NCBI RefSeq assembly: GCF_006345805.1
Contig: NC_043001.1
Coordinates: 111,414,001 to 111,478,000, forward strand
Reading direction: 5' to 3'
DNA from: Octopus sinensis
Lineage: Eukaryota
DNA length: 64,000 nucleotides
Shown piece by piece: positions 14,842-28,031 of this stretch. Numbering within the stretch: the stretch's first letter is position 1; every line of letters starts with the position of its first letter. A program made the translations under genes and the position numbers. The notes beneath the pieces are model-generated. The model was given only the letters and a program-made list of their open reading frames with translations. It searched no databases and was not told the origin of the DNA.

Positions 14842-14980
14842 TATGTACGTGTATGAGTGTGTGCATATATACATATTATGGTGTATAGATGCATGTATTT
14901 GTGCACGTATGTATACATGCCTGTATCTTTTTATGCATATATGCATGCATGCGTGTATGTATGAGCGCATGTGTTATATT
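14430..14980. repeat. (TA)/(TG)/(GA) microsatellite mosaic
   Basis: Visible dinucleotide runs. Confidence 0.9.
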
Positions 14981-15989
14981 GTTCCCTTGGGGGGTTCTGC
15001 TCACCTCTTCAACAGGAGGTTTCATCACGGCAAACCACGAATATAGCATTTATAATTTAAATTGCATCAGCCTTAACGTCGAGTGAGTGGGTTGTCTACT
15101 AAGTATTAGCATGCAAAAAAAATGATAATGATAATAATAATAATTATAATTTTTTTGTTTGTTATATGACTCTGGTGATGCTGTTACTGCTGTTGTTGTT
15201 TTCGTTATTTTTATTCTTGGTGTTTTGTCTTTTCCTTTACCATTGCTATCAAGGAACTTTTTTCTTCCCACACAATGTCAGCTTATTCTCCCATCTCACC
15301 CCGCTTCACTACAAGCCTTATGGTGATATTTCTGCTATCCATGTTTCTTGTAATGAAGGTATAGATTTATACAAAATCGTTGACTTCAGTCGAAGCTAAG
15401 ACACATACCTTTACAAAACCAACAGATATTTGTAAAGTACATGTTCGTTTCCCTTTGAGGAAAAGCTCTCGGCCCGAGTAACCATGACAAATAAAACGAT
15501 AACTCAATGAATGCTGAGCCTGTAATAATTTACAGGGGGTATAAATGTTGTCGATCCAATGTTAGTGGAAAGCAATAAATATAAGTGCGGTTAGGTGATG
15601 TAATACGGTCTATGTTTTTCACAGTTTAAATATACAAGAGCTACCCATTCACGTAACTGCATTCCACTCGCTATAAACAACCTTAACTCAAAATTTGCTT
15701 GTTTGCAGCAATCCCTTATGTCAGTACAAATCTGTTTTATCCTAAAAAATTGGGATTTGGGATTTGTCCGAATAATATGATGCAGATGATCGGAACGGCG
15801 GTGAAGATAAATGTGGGATGACTTGGGCTTGCAAAATAACTCTCATACTATTCTGCCTCCAGGAAACTTAACTTTTGTGTCCAAAAATTCAACGCTACTT
15901 TTAAAAAACTAGACGTAAATATTATGTTGGACTAAAAACCATAGTTTTTAGCATAACGGTCACACAAATTCAAGAAGTCCATTAAACTA

Positions 15990-16130
15990 CCTCTGATCCA
16001 TCCCAGACAAAAATACGTTCTCAATGAATTGGTTCGTGACCGTGTAGGGATTTGAACGTCATCAGTGGTTGTGTCTCGAATTTGGTCATGAAGACATTAC
16101 CGAAATTAACTGCCATGATATTTCCTCAGC
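15990..16130 (-). mobile_element. Possible old L2/Crack-type LINE relic
   Basis: Minus frame KFETQPLMTFKSLHGHEP resembles the L2 C-terminal KFKILLLTFKALHGLAP. Confidence 0.3.
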
Positions 16131-16289
16131 CGCCTATTGTAGACTTTACACGGAATAAGAATGTAAGATAATTATTGACCTCTATTTCTGACTCCAAGAA
16201 AACGAACATTGGAGTATCTTCACGCTGTACCTTGAAAAACATCCGCAAGGGGGGTAAGCCCTGTTCATTGTGAACACTTAGTAGCTGAC

Positions 16290-16375
16290 GAGATGTGCAT
16301 AAACACACAAATCGCCCGGTCTGAGATTCGAAACCGCGAGTCCACTGCTCTAACCACTAGGCCATGTCCCTCCAC
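16290..16375 (-). mobile_element. tRNA-derived SINE head (same family as 54768/61020), truncated
   Basis: Reverse complement gtggagggacatggcctagtggttagagcagtggactcgcggtttcgaatctcagaccgggcg with A and B boxes. Confidence 0.7.
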
Positions 16376-17028
16376 ATAAAATACAATAAGGAGTTTTTTA
16401 AATGTTACAGATACATCTGTGCGTTACTGGATTTAAATGAAAAAAGCTTGTACAACTCATGCCCATAGGTATGTCGCCATTTTAAATTCAAGTGACCGCT
16501 TAGACAGTAGATTTTATGTGAGAGTCCATTTCTTCCAGAAAAGCTGGCTTCAACGTAGCTTTATCATAAGTAACGGCAGATCGTGCTACCGCTCCGGATT
16601 AGAATAGATATCGGAGTAATTAGAATTAATGGATGACTCCATTGGATGCAGTTTAATGTCAATCCCGGGATAATCATACATAAATACATACACACGCACA
16701 CACGCATATAGTCATACATAATTACATGTATACATAAATATATGTATGCATACATACATACATACACAAACTCGCACATACATACATATACACATACATA
16801 AATAAAAAAAAAACACACACACACATATAGGTATGTATATATATTCGAGATCGATAGATAGTTACATACATACATATATACATATGTCTACATATCTAGA
16901 TATGGATGTATTTATTATATATACATGTATGTGTATCCAGCCCTGGTTCTACATACATCTATCTCGAAGATTTAAAACTAATTGTTTCTCTCCACATGTA
17001 TGTGTATATCTATCTATCTATCTATCTA

Positions 17029-17074
<46 letters not shown>

Positions 17075-17951
17075 TATATATATATACACATATATGTATA
17101 TCGATGTATATATGCATACATTCACCCATACACACATACATACATAATACATACAAATGTACACATGCATATATATATATATATATATATAGATATATAT
17201 AGTGATTGAGTGAGAATCCATTTATGTGTAAAGGAACATATATAGATACAAACAGAACAGTTCATGGAACAAATGGCTCACACATTTTAAAAGCCTTCAC
17301 CAACGAAGAATCAGACCGCCCACCACTCTTCCTGTTTGCGACTATCCATGAGAGAAGAAATGTTTCTATCGGTATTAAAGCAATTTACAATAACTTCGTT
17401 TGGCTGTAGTTCTATTACGAAATATCGCCCGCTTTGTTCACACTTGTGCCATTGTTCAACGAAATGGCATGATGTTTTTTTCTTTCAAAAATGTGTGACT
17501 TAGTGTTAAAGAAAAAATATTCTGCTTCGTTTTCTATATTGTTTGCTTTCTGTGAAGTTGCATTCATTTTCAAAATGCTTCTCTCGGAGCGCTGTTACCC
17601 TGTCTCGCAGCCATGTTGAATAGATACAAACAAGAAAACAAACTACCTCAGTTCTCCAAACAGACGTAAATCATAAAAACAAGTTCTCGCCTCTTATATT
17701 CCAGATATTTAGGCATGACACAGAAATAAACATCAAATTATTACTGAAATATCAACAACATCTAATTCCTAGCAGGCATTTTATTTAAACGCCTTCCCAG
17801 AGCAAGTTTTATCAAGAATACCAAAAACAGTAGAAATATCGACGATGGTGACGTCAACGAAGACAACCACAACTGCAACAACAATACCGTCATTAAAAAT
17901 ACCGAAAACAGGAAAGACATCAACAACAATACTTATAAATGTTTCAGTTTT

Positions 17952-18511
17952 TGGCACAAGGCCAGAACTATTAAGGGGAAGGGAAATTCGATTGTATTAG
18001 CCCCATTACATTCGGTACTTTACTGCATCGATCGCGAAAAGATGAAAGGCAAATTTGAACTCGTCAGGATGTGAACTCAGTATGTATAGATTATGAAATA
18101 ATGTCGCGCACTTTCATCGACACCTTAGCAATTATTTTTTACTCTAAGCACAAGGCCTGACATTTTGGGGGAGGAAGCCAGTCGATTAGATCGACTCCAG
18201 TACGCAGCTGGTACTTAATTTATCGACCCCGAAAGGATGAAAAGCAAAGTCGATCTCGGTGGAATTTGAACTTAGAACGTAAAGACAGACGAAATACCTA
18301 TTTCTTTCCTATCTACAAGGGGCTAAACACAGAGAGGACAAACAAGGATAGACAAACGGATAAAGTCGATTATATCGACTCCAGTGCATAACTGGTACTT
18401 ATTTAATCAACCCCGAAAGGATGAAAGGCAAAGTCGACCTCGGCGGAATTTGAACTCAGAACGTAGCGGCAGACGAAATACCGCTAACGCTTCTGCCAAC
18501 TCCCCGCCTTA
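17952..18511 (-). mobile_element. Cluster of Deu/Nin-domain tRNA SINE copies
   Basis: Repeats of cgaccccgaaaggatgaaaggcaaagtcgacctcggcggaatttgaactc; reverse complement gcctttcatcctttcggggtcg is Deu/Nin-like. Confidence 0.85.
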
Positions 18512-19214
18512 ACCCCTTAACAATCCATCCAGCTAACAACGTTATTGATATTAATCAAATTATTATTGATATTAATCAAATTAATATTCAATTTTTCACC
18601 CTTATTATTTTAAATTTACATTCAAACAGCTAACGTCTCTAACCGAATTATTTTCTGCAGAAATATCTCTGGTGATTTGGCGCGCCAGATCGAAGGCTTT
18701 TGAAATGTAACTCCAATTGTATTTGGTAGAACTGTAAATATGTTCAATCTCATGCGGACGTCTCGCGTATAGTTCTGCAAATTTGAGTTGCTAAGACGAT
18801 CACACTGACGAGTTTGCTGATGATTACGTGAATGACAACGCGACCTGGGTTTGTGATTAATCTATATTTTGTATATTTTCATTTGTCTTGCTCGCTTACG
18901 TTCTGTCGTTTTTGCTAAATTTTCTTGAGAATATCCTTTTAGTGGTTAGTCCATAGCAGATCTTCTTCTAGCATAATGTATGTCCACTAACAGGTCATCC
19001 CTTTTATATGTATGTAATATAATTTTTCTGAAACTTCAGATTTTTAAATATGCTAGACCACCGGTTTTAAATTGATATTAATCAAATGAATATTCACTTT
19101 TTCACCCTTATTATTTTAAATTTAAATTTAAATAGCTATGTTCTCTAACCGGCAAAATTCACTGTAGAGAATTACTTCCTGCAGAAATATTTCCGGTAAT
19201 TTTATATGTATGTA

Positions 19215-19247
<33 letters not shown>

Positions 19248-19964
19248 GAAAAGAGAGAGAGAGGATTGATAGATAGATATCAGAAATAAATAAAATGGTC
19301 CAAATATAATGAGAGCAGAGATAATGAGTGTGTGCGGTTCGAAAATAGAAATAATTTACTTAATATTAACTGCAATGAAAAATGATAAGAATAAATGCAC
19401 AAATAAATTATATAGACTCTTTAACTTATGTATAACATACAGGAAAATAATCTAGTTTGTATGCATAAAAAGAAATACGCAATGAAAATTAAACGCTACA
19501 TACACCCAAGTTTCATAGAAGTACTCTAGTTTGTGTGGTGAATAAGTGCAACAGGTCTATTGAATAGTAATAAAATGATATTGGGTTTGAGTGATTCAAG
19601 TATACTCCGTTACGAATATTGGAATCTAAGAATGAAATCAATAAATTATTTCCTTCAACTTGTTGACATTTGTTAAACTGTAGTCTCTTACGCTGCATGA
19701 CATGTCATATAATCACCGTTGAGAAAAGCAAATACCTGACTTAATAAACTACTCTAGATGTGCTGAAGAAATGAAACTTCACGTGGGATTCGAATTAGAG
19801 CACAAAATTGGCATTTTTTTCAGTTTTTCTTCTTGTTGTGACTATCTTATTTGTTTATATATCTAGAACTGCATTATCTAATTTATGCTTTCATTTTTAT
19901 GATGGGCGGTCTTAAAAAGAGCAAGGTCTGGTTGCTATTTCTAGTAGACTTTACGTTTAATTTT

Positions 19965-20285
19965 TTACTCTTTTACTTGTTTCATTTTATTGTAGCTATG
20001 CTGGAGCACCGCCTTTAGTCGAGCAAATCGACCCCAGGACTTATTCTTTGTAAGCCTAGTACTTATTCTATCGATCGCTTTTGCAGAACCACTAAGTTAC
20101 AGGAACGTAAACCCACCACCATCGGTTGTCAAGCGATACTGAGGGGAGAAACACAGAAGCACAAACATATACACACACATACATATATACATATATACGA
20201 CGGGCTTCTTTTAGTTTCCGTCTAGCAAATCCATTCACAAGGCTTTGGTCGGCCCGAGGCTGTAGTAGAAGACACAGTTTGTTTA
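19965..20285 (-). mobile_element. CORE-SINE (OR2-like), 5'-truncated
   Basis: gctggagcaccgcctttagtcgagcaaatcgacccc...ggctttggtcggcccgaggctgtagtagaagacac. Confidence 0.85.
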
Positions 20286-21554
20286 GAAATAGCTTCTCTT
20301 GTTTGCAAAAAACAATATCCTGTTCAAATAAAAGCGTAAAATATTTTCGTATTTTATGAAGATGAAACAACCATATCAATCTACAATTTAGCCTGGTAAA
20401 ATTTATTTTCTCTTCCACAGAGGACGTCATAGGGTTAAGATCAATATGTAAAATTAGAATTTCAAAGAAATTAGAGAGATCTGAGACAGGAAAAATAATT
20501 TACACATCATTTCGTCGTTGATTCAAACTATTCAACCGAGTGCATTGTTTTGAAACATTTAAACATTTTCGACTGTCCTTTCTTAAATTAACATCTATTA
20601 TGGAATATTTATGATGTTTACATTCACAGAGGAAGTACCAAGGGAGAAACAAAATTACATCAAGAGAAAATAACAAATGAAATTCACTGAAGCTTCGTCA
20701 GTGTAGATCGTAAATTTAGAATTGTTTTATGTCAAGGAATCGAGAAAACGCTATACTATCGCATTTTTATATAACCAGTCTATGTAGAAGAACACATTGC
20801 GTGACCGCTGGACCTATTAGAAAATCGTTCAAATCTACTTCAAACAACACCGTACTATTCTTTAAAAGGAGCACACTGAATAATATACTCCACGGTAGAC
20901 AACGTCTGAAGAAAACGAAGCGATCATAATAGGAAATACTTTGATTAAAGGCCTGTGTGATCGGGATTTACTTAGAAAAAAACATAAACAATAGTCATTT
21001 TTAAAAGCGTTCTCCTGTTGATTTGGTTTTCTTTAAAAAAAAATAATAAACCGACTGAGTCAGTTTTTAGAGCGTACAAATTCAAATAGCGTTAAATAAC
21101 AATTTCATAATTTCCCACTTCAGAATTGATTTTCCAAAACAATAAAATCGGTTAATATCTGGATATTATATCTCAAGGTGATGTTCCTCTCGGTTAGTTT
21201 CTTTTACTCCAGAGGTAGCAAAACCGTATGACCTAAGTGATGTTTAAATGAGACCACGTGGTTTAAAAGAGAGAGAGGGAGAGAGAGAGACAAAGAGACA
21301 GATAGAGATATTAAGGGTAGATCATTCACTGAAAAGCAAATACTGCCAGACTCAAGGATGAACATTTCGTAATCCAGGGTAGAAGGCACAAACGCAAATC
21401 AAGCAGTGGGAAAGTTATTGGAATTGTAGAAGTTGAAGAATTAGAGTGTCACCAGTGATTAGGTGCTTCCGCATCGACGTGGGAAATAAATAGTTTGTTT
21501 TTTTTTCATTTTTATTCTTTTCTTTTTTTTTCTTTTTATTTCTTTTCTTTTTCC

Positions 21555-21921
21555 TACTCTAGGCACAAGGCCCAAAATTCTTTGCGGGGAGGAGGGGACC
21601 AGTCGATTAGATCGACCACGGTACCCGGCTGGTAATTAAATTATTGACACCGAAAGGATGATAGGTAAAGTCGACCTCGGCGGAATTTGAACTCAGAATG
21701 TAAAGACAGTCGAAATATATATTTCTTTACTACCCACAAGGAACTAAACACAGAGGGGACCAACAAGGACAGACAAACGGATTAAGTCGATTATATAATG
21801 ACCCCAGTGCGTAACTGGTACTTAATTTATCGACCTCGGCGGAATTTGAACTCACAACGTAACGGCAGACGAAATACCACTTAGTATTTTGCCCGGTGTA
21901 CTAACGTTTCTGCCAGGTCGG
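21555..21921 (-). mobile_element. Deu/Nin-domain SINE dimer
   Basis: Two tandem partial units of the same SINE. Confidence 0.85.
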
Positions 21922-22059
21922 AATACATCATTACAAATATGATGACATATGAGAAGAAGATACACAATGATTAGGCGTGTGTGTGTGTGTGCTTGTTTGT
22001 CAGTGCGTGCATGTGTGTATGTGTGTGTGTGCGTGTATACATATATATATGTGTGTGTG

Positions 22060-22090
<31 letters not shown>

Positions 22091-22977
22091 GGAGTTTATA
22101 TCCATTTAAAAGAAGAGAGGATGGAGATAAGGAAGTTATTAATTGTTTATTATTAATAATTATTCACTTCCTTATCTCCATTTTCCTTTCTACTTTTAAA
22201 TGAATATTCTTAATATATACCTATTGTTTCAAGGGAATTTCAACACCCCAAATACTACGAATTGAACCAGTATTTCCTTGGATGCAACCATCCCTTCATG
22301 ATGTCTGAGGCTAACATATCCGGTAATTAAATTTACATATATATATATATATATATATGATTTGGTTGTTTTTTTCAACGAAGTCGCACGATTGCCACGA
22401 TGCTTCTCATGGCTCTCGTCGTCATTCTAGGCCAAATAGCTCCCGAGTGATATGCCTTTCCAAAGAAAATGTACGTTTTGCACAGAATAGCTTTATTTTC
22501 GTATTCTCCATTGAATAGTTTCCCTATTCGCCACCTACGAACCTGTTTCCTAATTTTAACCGAATGCATCTTGTAGGTATTTTCGTAAGGATGTGAACTT
22601 CTAGTCGTGACACATATCAAGCTTTTGCTAATTGTTTTATATGTCTACGCAATCGTGCGTAAACATAGATACCTCTCTCGTCTCTCATATTCGATGAAAC
22701 AGATTACCCATGGCCTGACTTCTGGAGTACCAGTAATCTGTTGTGGAGATTCGAGCAATGGTAAATGAAATTCTCAAGGGCACAAAGCGTCGTCTTCACC
22801 ATGAATTGAACACACAAATATGTGGCCATGAATGAAACTCACTAACTACTAGATCAGGTGATAATGCCATACTGGGTTGATGCACTTGGCCACGTATCAA
22901 TAATATCATTATGGAGCTATGCATCTTAAATTTATTTCAGGATAGAACCCACTATCTATGTATATCTATATTTATTT

Positions 22978-23983
22978 ACTGCCCACAAGGGGCTAAACAT
23001 AGGGGGGAGGGGCAAACAAGGACAGACAAAGGGATTAAGTCGATTACATCGACCCCAGTGCGAATCTGTTCCTTTATTTATCGACCCCGAAAGGATGAAA
23101 GGCAAAGTCGACCTCGACGGAATTTGAACTCAGAACGTAACGACAGACGAAATACCTATTTCTATTTCTTTACTACACACAAAGCGTTAAACACAGAAAG
23201 GACAAACAAGGAGGGACAAACGGATTAAGTCGGTTACATCGACCCAGTGCGTAGCTGGTACTTAATTTATCGACCCCGAAAGGATGAAAGGCAAAGTCGA
23301 CCTCGGCGGAATTTGAACTCAGAACGTAGCGACAGACGAAATACTACACACAAGGGGCTAAACACAGAAAGGACAAACAAGGACAGACAAACGGATTAAG
23401 TCGATTATATCGACCCCAGTGCGTAACTGGTACTTAACTTATTGACCCCGAAAGGATGAAAGGCAAAGTCGACCTCGGCGGAATTTGAACTCACAACGTA
23501 GCGGCAGACGAAATACCTATTTCTTTATTACTCACAAGGGGCTAAACAAAGAGGGGACAGACATAGGTATTAAGTCGATTACATCGACCCCAGTGCGTAA
23601 CTGGTACTTAATTTATCGACCCCGAAAGGATGAAAGGCAAAGTCGACCTCAGCGGAATTTGAACTCACAACGTTGCGGCAGACGAAATACCGCTACGCAT
23701 TTCGCCCGGCGTGCTAACGTTTCTACCAGCACGCCGCCATCACTTCTTACCTATTTCTTTATTACCCACAAGGGGCTAAACATAGAGGTGACAAACATGG
23801 ACAGACATAGGTATTAAGTCGATTACATCGACCCCAGTGCTTAACTGGTACTTAATTTATCGACCCCGAAAGGATGAAAGGCAAAGTCGACCTCGGCGGA
23901 ATTTGAACTCACAACGTAACGCACACGAAATACCGCTACGCATTTCGCCCGGCGTGCTAACGATTCTGCCAGTTCGCCGCCAT
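22978..23983 (-). mobile_element. Tandem concatemer of ~5-6 Deu/Nin-domain SINE units
   Basis: Repeated gtcgacctcggcggaatttgaactc units; full tRNA heads at the high-coordinate end. Confidence 0.92.
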
Positions 23984-23993
23984 CACTTCTTAC

Positions 23994-24076
23994 CTTTAAA
24001 GGATATATTAAGATGTGTGCGTTATAAATCTTGAAGCATGCAACGATTCTATTTTTATAGTAAGAATGAATTTGTT
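23994..24076 (-). CDS. Candidate host-gene exon (E)QIHSYYKNRIVACFKIYNAHILIYPLK
   Basis: Acceptor gattttatacag, donor AAG|GTAAGA, 83 nt open, phase-compatible with 24230-24288. Confidence 0.35.
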
Positions 24077-24229
24077 CTGTATAAAATCATAACTACCCAC
24101 GTAAAATAATGTAGCGCATCCAATGAATAGCTTGCCTGCAGTATAACTCAGATTTCAACCTAGTTTCAACCATTGTCATAGATGGTTCATACATACGTAG
24201 GTATGCGAATTAATTTGTTGTTACTTTAC

Positions 24230-24288
24230 CTGTAGGTGGTTCACCTTCACATGTGATCATAACAACTTTAAGCAATTTATTCTCGTTT
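24230..24288 (-). CDS. Candidate host-gene exon (R)NENKLLKVVMITCEGEPPT
   Basis: Acceptor ttattaacttttag, donor CAG|GTAAAG, 59 nt open, phase-compatible with both neighbours. Confidence 0.35.
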
Positions 24289-24419
24289 CTAAAAGTTAAT
24301 AACTGAATATAAAGAAAAAAACTCGGGAGAAATATGAAACTTATCGGGATACAAATAAACACATACATACATAAACACACGCACAAATACATACACACAT
24401 ACACGTGCATGTAATAATA

Positions 24420-24462
<43 letters not shown>

Positions 24463-24635
24463 GTACACATGTGTGTGTGTGTTGAGAAAGAGGAGACAGA
24501 GATAAAAACTGACATACATAAACATGTGTATATATATATATATATTTATGTAGATCCCGGGTTGATTCGGGGTTAACCACAGTAAATAAGGTACTCAATA
24601 CATAGCAGAGTAAAATTAATTTATTATATAGAAGG

Positions 24636-24686
24636 AGCTTCTACAGGACTAGAACTGTTTCATTCAAGAGAAATCTTCAGGAAGCT
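24636..24686 (-). ncRNA. Type I hammerhead ribozyme motif
   Basis: Reverse complement AGCTTC-CTGAAGA-tTTCtcttGAAt-GAAA-CAGttctagtcCTG-TA-GAAGCT: complete core, 6-bp stem I, GUA cleavage triplet. Confidence 0.8.
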
Positions 24687-25135
24687 AGTTAACAAGAATT
24701 GTATTGGCATTTATACATTTAGGCAGGTTTAAAGGGGTGTTGGTGGGGGACTTTTTGGGGGTAGGCATAGCGCAAAATATCATACTTGGGGGAGTGGTCA
24801 GGGAGTCAGTGTTACATTAGATAGAAGAATAAATAAAAAAATAAAAAAATAAAAAATAAAAAAATATATATATATAACAAAATATATATATAGAAAAAAT
24901 GGGGGAGTAGAGTGTTAGGTAAATAAGGAGATTCTCACTTATACCTATGCACATATGTATACATATATACACACACATACAAACATATATACATATACAT
25001 ACACACATACATACACACACATACTCACATACACGCATACACACACATATCCACACACACACATGCACACACAGCACACTAGTCCCTATATACACATATA
25101 TACACATACACACATATATACATACACACACATAC

Positions 25136-25177
<42 letters not shown>

Positions 25178-25840
25178 TTATACATATGTGTACCTATGCA
25201 TACCTACACGTACACACATATATATATATACACATACAAATACAGACCCATTCCCTAATTTTAATTTTATTATCTTCGTTTATTACTTTTGTTATCTTTG
25301 GCCGCTTGGTCACAAACATCTTGGCTATGACAGCCAGTCCATATATCTGTCTACTGGAAAACAAGCACTCATTCACTCACGCACACTCTTTAGCGCGTAC
25401 ACTCACTCATTCGTACACTCATACACATACACGCACGCACGCGTTATATTCATACATACATACATCTACATACATTCACGTATATACACATACGTACGCG
25501 TACCTACAGATTCATGTCTATACTCTTAGAAGGCTAGTCTATACATATACACCAATAAATATAAATACACACACATACATATACACCTACATACAAATAC
25601 ATACATGTATATATAATATATATATATATATTCACATATATATACACATATATATATATATACACATATATATATATACACATATACACATATATACACA
25701 CATACACACATATACATATATATACACACATACACATACATACATATACACACATACACATACATACGTATACATACATACATACATCCATACATACATA
25801 CATTTATACACATACACACACCCAGATACATACATATATA

Positions 25841-25881
<41 letters not shown>

Positions 25882-26279
25882 TTCACACACACACATACAT
25901 ATACATACATACATATACAAATATACGCACACACATACATACATACTCATATAACATAACACGCACATACACTGTACATGCGTACCCATAACACACACAC
26001 ACACACACACGGCATCAATATATACACATAAGTACACACATGCGTAAAAGTATACATATATCTATGCTTACACATACAACACACACACGCGCCTCCTTAT
26101 ATTCATACTTACATGCATACTCAAAAATAAGTAAATAGTAAAATATATATACGCGCAGTATTCATACATGCATACTCAAAAAATAAATAATAAATATTAA
26201 GTATAAGTACGTAGTGCAGTTACCTATTATATAGACGGATACATACATATAAACTTACACACATATATATATATAATAT

Positions 26280-26313
<34 letters not shown>

Positions 26314-26576
26314 CATAATATATACCACATATATATACATATACATATATACACATATATATATACAAAAAACACATACATACACATATATTATATATAT
26401 ATACATACTTACACACATGTACAAATATATACACACATAGATAACTCTACGTACCTACATATACATAAACACACGAGCGTACGCGTATATGTACATATAC
26501 ACATACACATACACACGCATATATATACATACATACATACACATACACACATATATACACACATACACATATACAC

Positions 26577-26631
<55 letters not shown>

Positions 26632-26827
26632 CACATACACACACATATACATGTGTGCAAACATACATACATACTCATACAAGCACACACACTTACATTT
26701 ACATATATACACACACATATATATATATACATACATACACATACACATACCTATACATATATATACACACATATATATACACATGCACATACTTATATCT
26801 CTACATACTCGCATATACATATATATA

Positions 26828-27208
26828 TATAAGACCCGTTGGTTTGCACACACACACTCGTTCCGGCGACAGGATAAATCCAACCAAACTACCCTCGCCG
26901 CCCACATCTGGTACCTTAAAAGGAACTCCATCCCCTTCAAGACCAAGTGGAAACTACTACAGAAGGCGCGCTCGTACACAGGAGGCCATACCTGCTGTGA
27001 CCTCTGCATATCGGAGAGCCTAGAGATCTTGTTCGCCAAAGGCCCTCTCCTTAAAAAATCTCAGAACACTCCCCAAATTGTATGCATAAGAAGTATGCGA
27101 ACTACAAGAACTATAGACCTACCCGGCAACCAGATTGATGACACCCCACCCACAAAACCCCCCCAATCCCACCGTTCCCCTAGCACCCCCGATTACCTTT
27201 TCTCCTAA
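26828..27208 (+). mobile_element. Penelope-like element fragment, C-terminal half of GIY-YIG endonuclease
   Basis: YKTRWFAHTHSFR...TTLAAHIWYLK...IKWKLL-like..CDLCISESLEIL matches the PLE FKxRxxxH..F...T.L..HIW.LK...KW.IL..C.LC.xE pattern. Confidence 0.8.
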
Positions 27209-27325
27209 GACCTTTCACATATTGTATGTGCACGCTTGTATATGTGTATCGTATATATGTATAGAAATGTATGGGTATAGTAGGAATATACGCATGTATT
27301 ATGTGTGTGTGTGTGTATGTATGTA

Positions 27326-27356
<31 letters not shown>

Positions 27357-27358
27357 GC

Positions 27359-27391
<33 letters not shown>

Positions 27392-27809
27392 TATATGTAT
27401 GTATGTATAAATGTATATATGTGTGTATGCATATGTATGTGTATATGTATGTGTGTATGTATGTGTATGTATGTATAAAATATTATATAATTAGGGCTTA
27501 GTAAAATAAACTACTTTGTCATATACTGAACTTTCTAGAAATAGCAGCCAAATAAGTTTTTTAGCCTCTTCCACTACTTAGAGAATATCTTCCCTCAGAC
27601 ATTGTTTACTCAAAAAAATAATGGTCCTTTTACATACTGAATACTTGGTGAAATTGATTAATAACTAATTAACTTTACCCTCAATTGTTGATATATGTAT
27701 GTGTGTGTATATATATATGTGTGTGTATATATATATGTACGTGTATGTATATGTGTATGTATGTATGTATATATATATATATATATATATTTATTTATTA
27801 TATAGAAGG

Positions 27810-27858
27810 AGCTTCTACAGGACTAGTACTGTTTCATTCAAGAGAAATCTTCAGGAAG
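27810..27858 (-). ncRNA. Type I hammerhead ribozyme motif (left arm of central palindrome)
   Basis: Reverse complement CTTC-CTGAAGA-tttctcttgaat-GAAA-CAGtactagtcCTG-TA-GAAG. Confidence 0.7.
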
Positions 27859-27907
27859 GCTTCCTGAAGATTTCTCTTGAATGAAACCTACTAGTCCTGT
27901 AGAAGCT
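27858..27907 (+). ncRNA. Type I hammerhead ribozyme motif with reduced stem III (right arm of central palindrome)
   Basis: GGCTTC-CTGAAGA-tttctcttgaat-GAAA-C-ctACTAGTcct-G-TA-GAAGCT; 1-bp stem III with palindromic loop. Confidence 0.6.
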
Positions 27908-27989
27908 CCTTCTATATAATAAATTATTTTACTCTGCTATGTATTGAGTACCTTACTTACTGTGGTTAACCCCGGATCAACCCGGGACC

Positions 27990-28031
<42 letters not shown>

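Noticed and set aside
15016-15082. Plus-strand exon-like segment (GFITANHEYSIYNLNCISLNV) with good splice sites
   Set aside because: Isolated, no recognisable homology and no compatible neighbours found
17595-17620. YY1-like AACATGGCTGC / possible first exon MAARQ on the minus strand
   Set aside because: Short motif expected by chance; no other promoter evidence
18540-19200. Diverged ~130-bp direct repeat (18545-18675 vs 19065-19200) as LTRs or piggyBac ends
   Set aside because: No TG..CA ends, PBS, TIR pairing or TSD evident
22400-22450. Plus-strand Kozak ATG with signal-peptide-like MLLMALVVILGQIAPE
   Set aside because: Stops after 16 codons, weak donor, no supporting downstream exons
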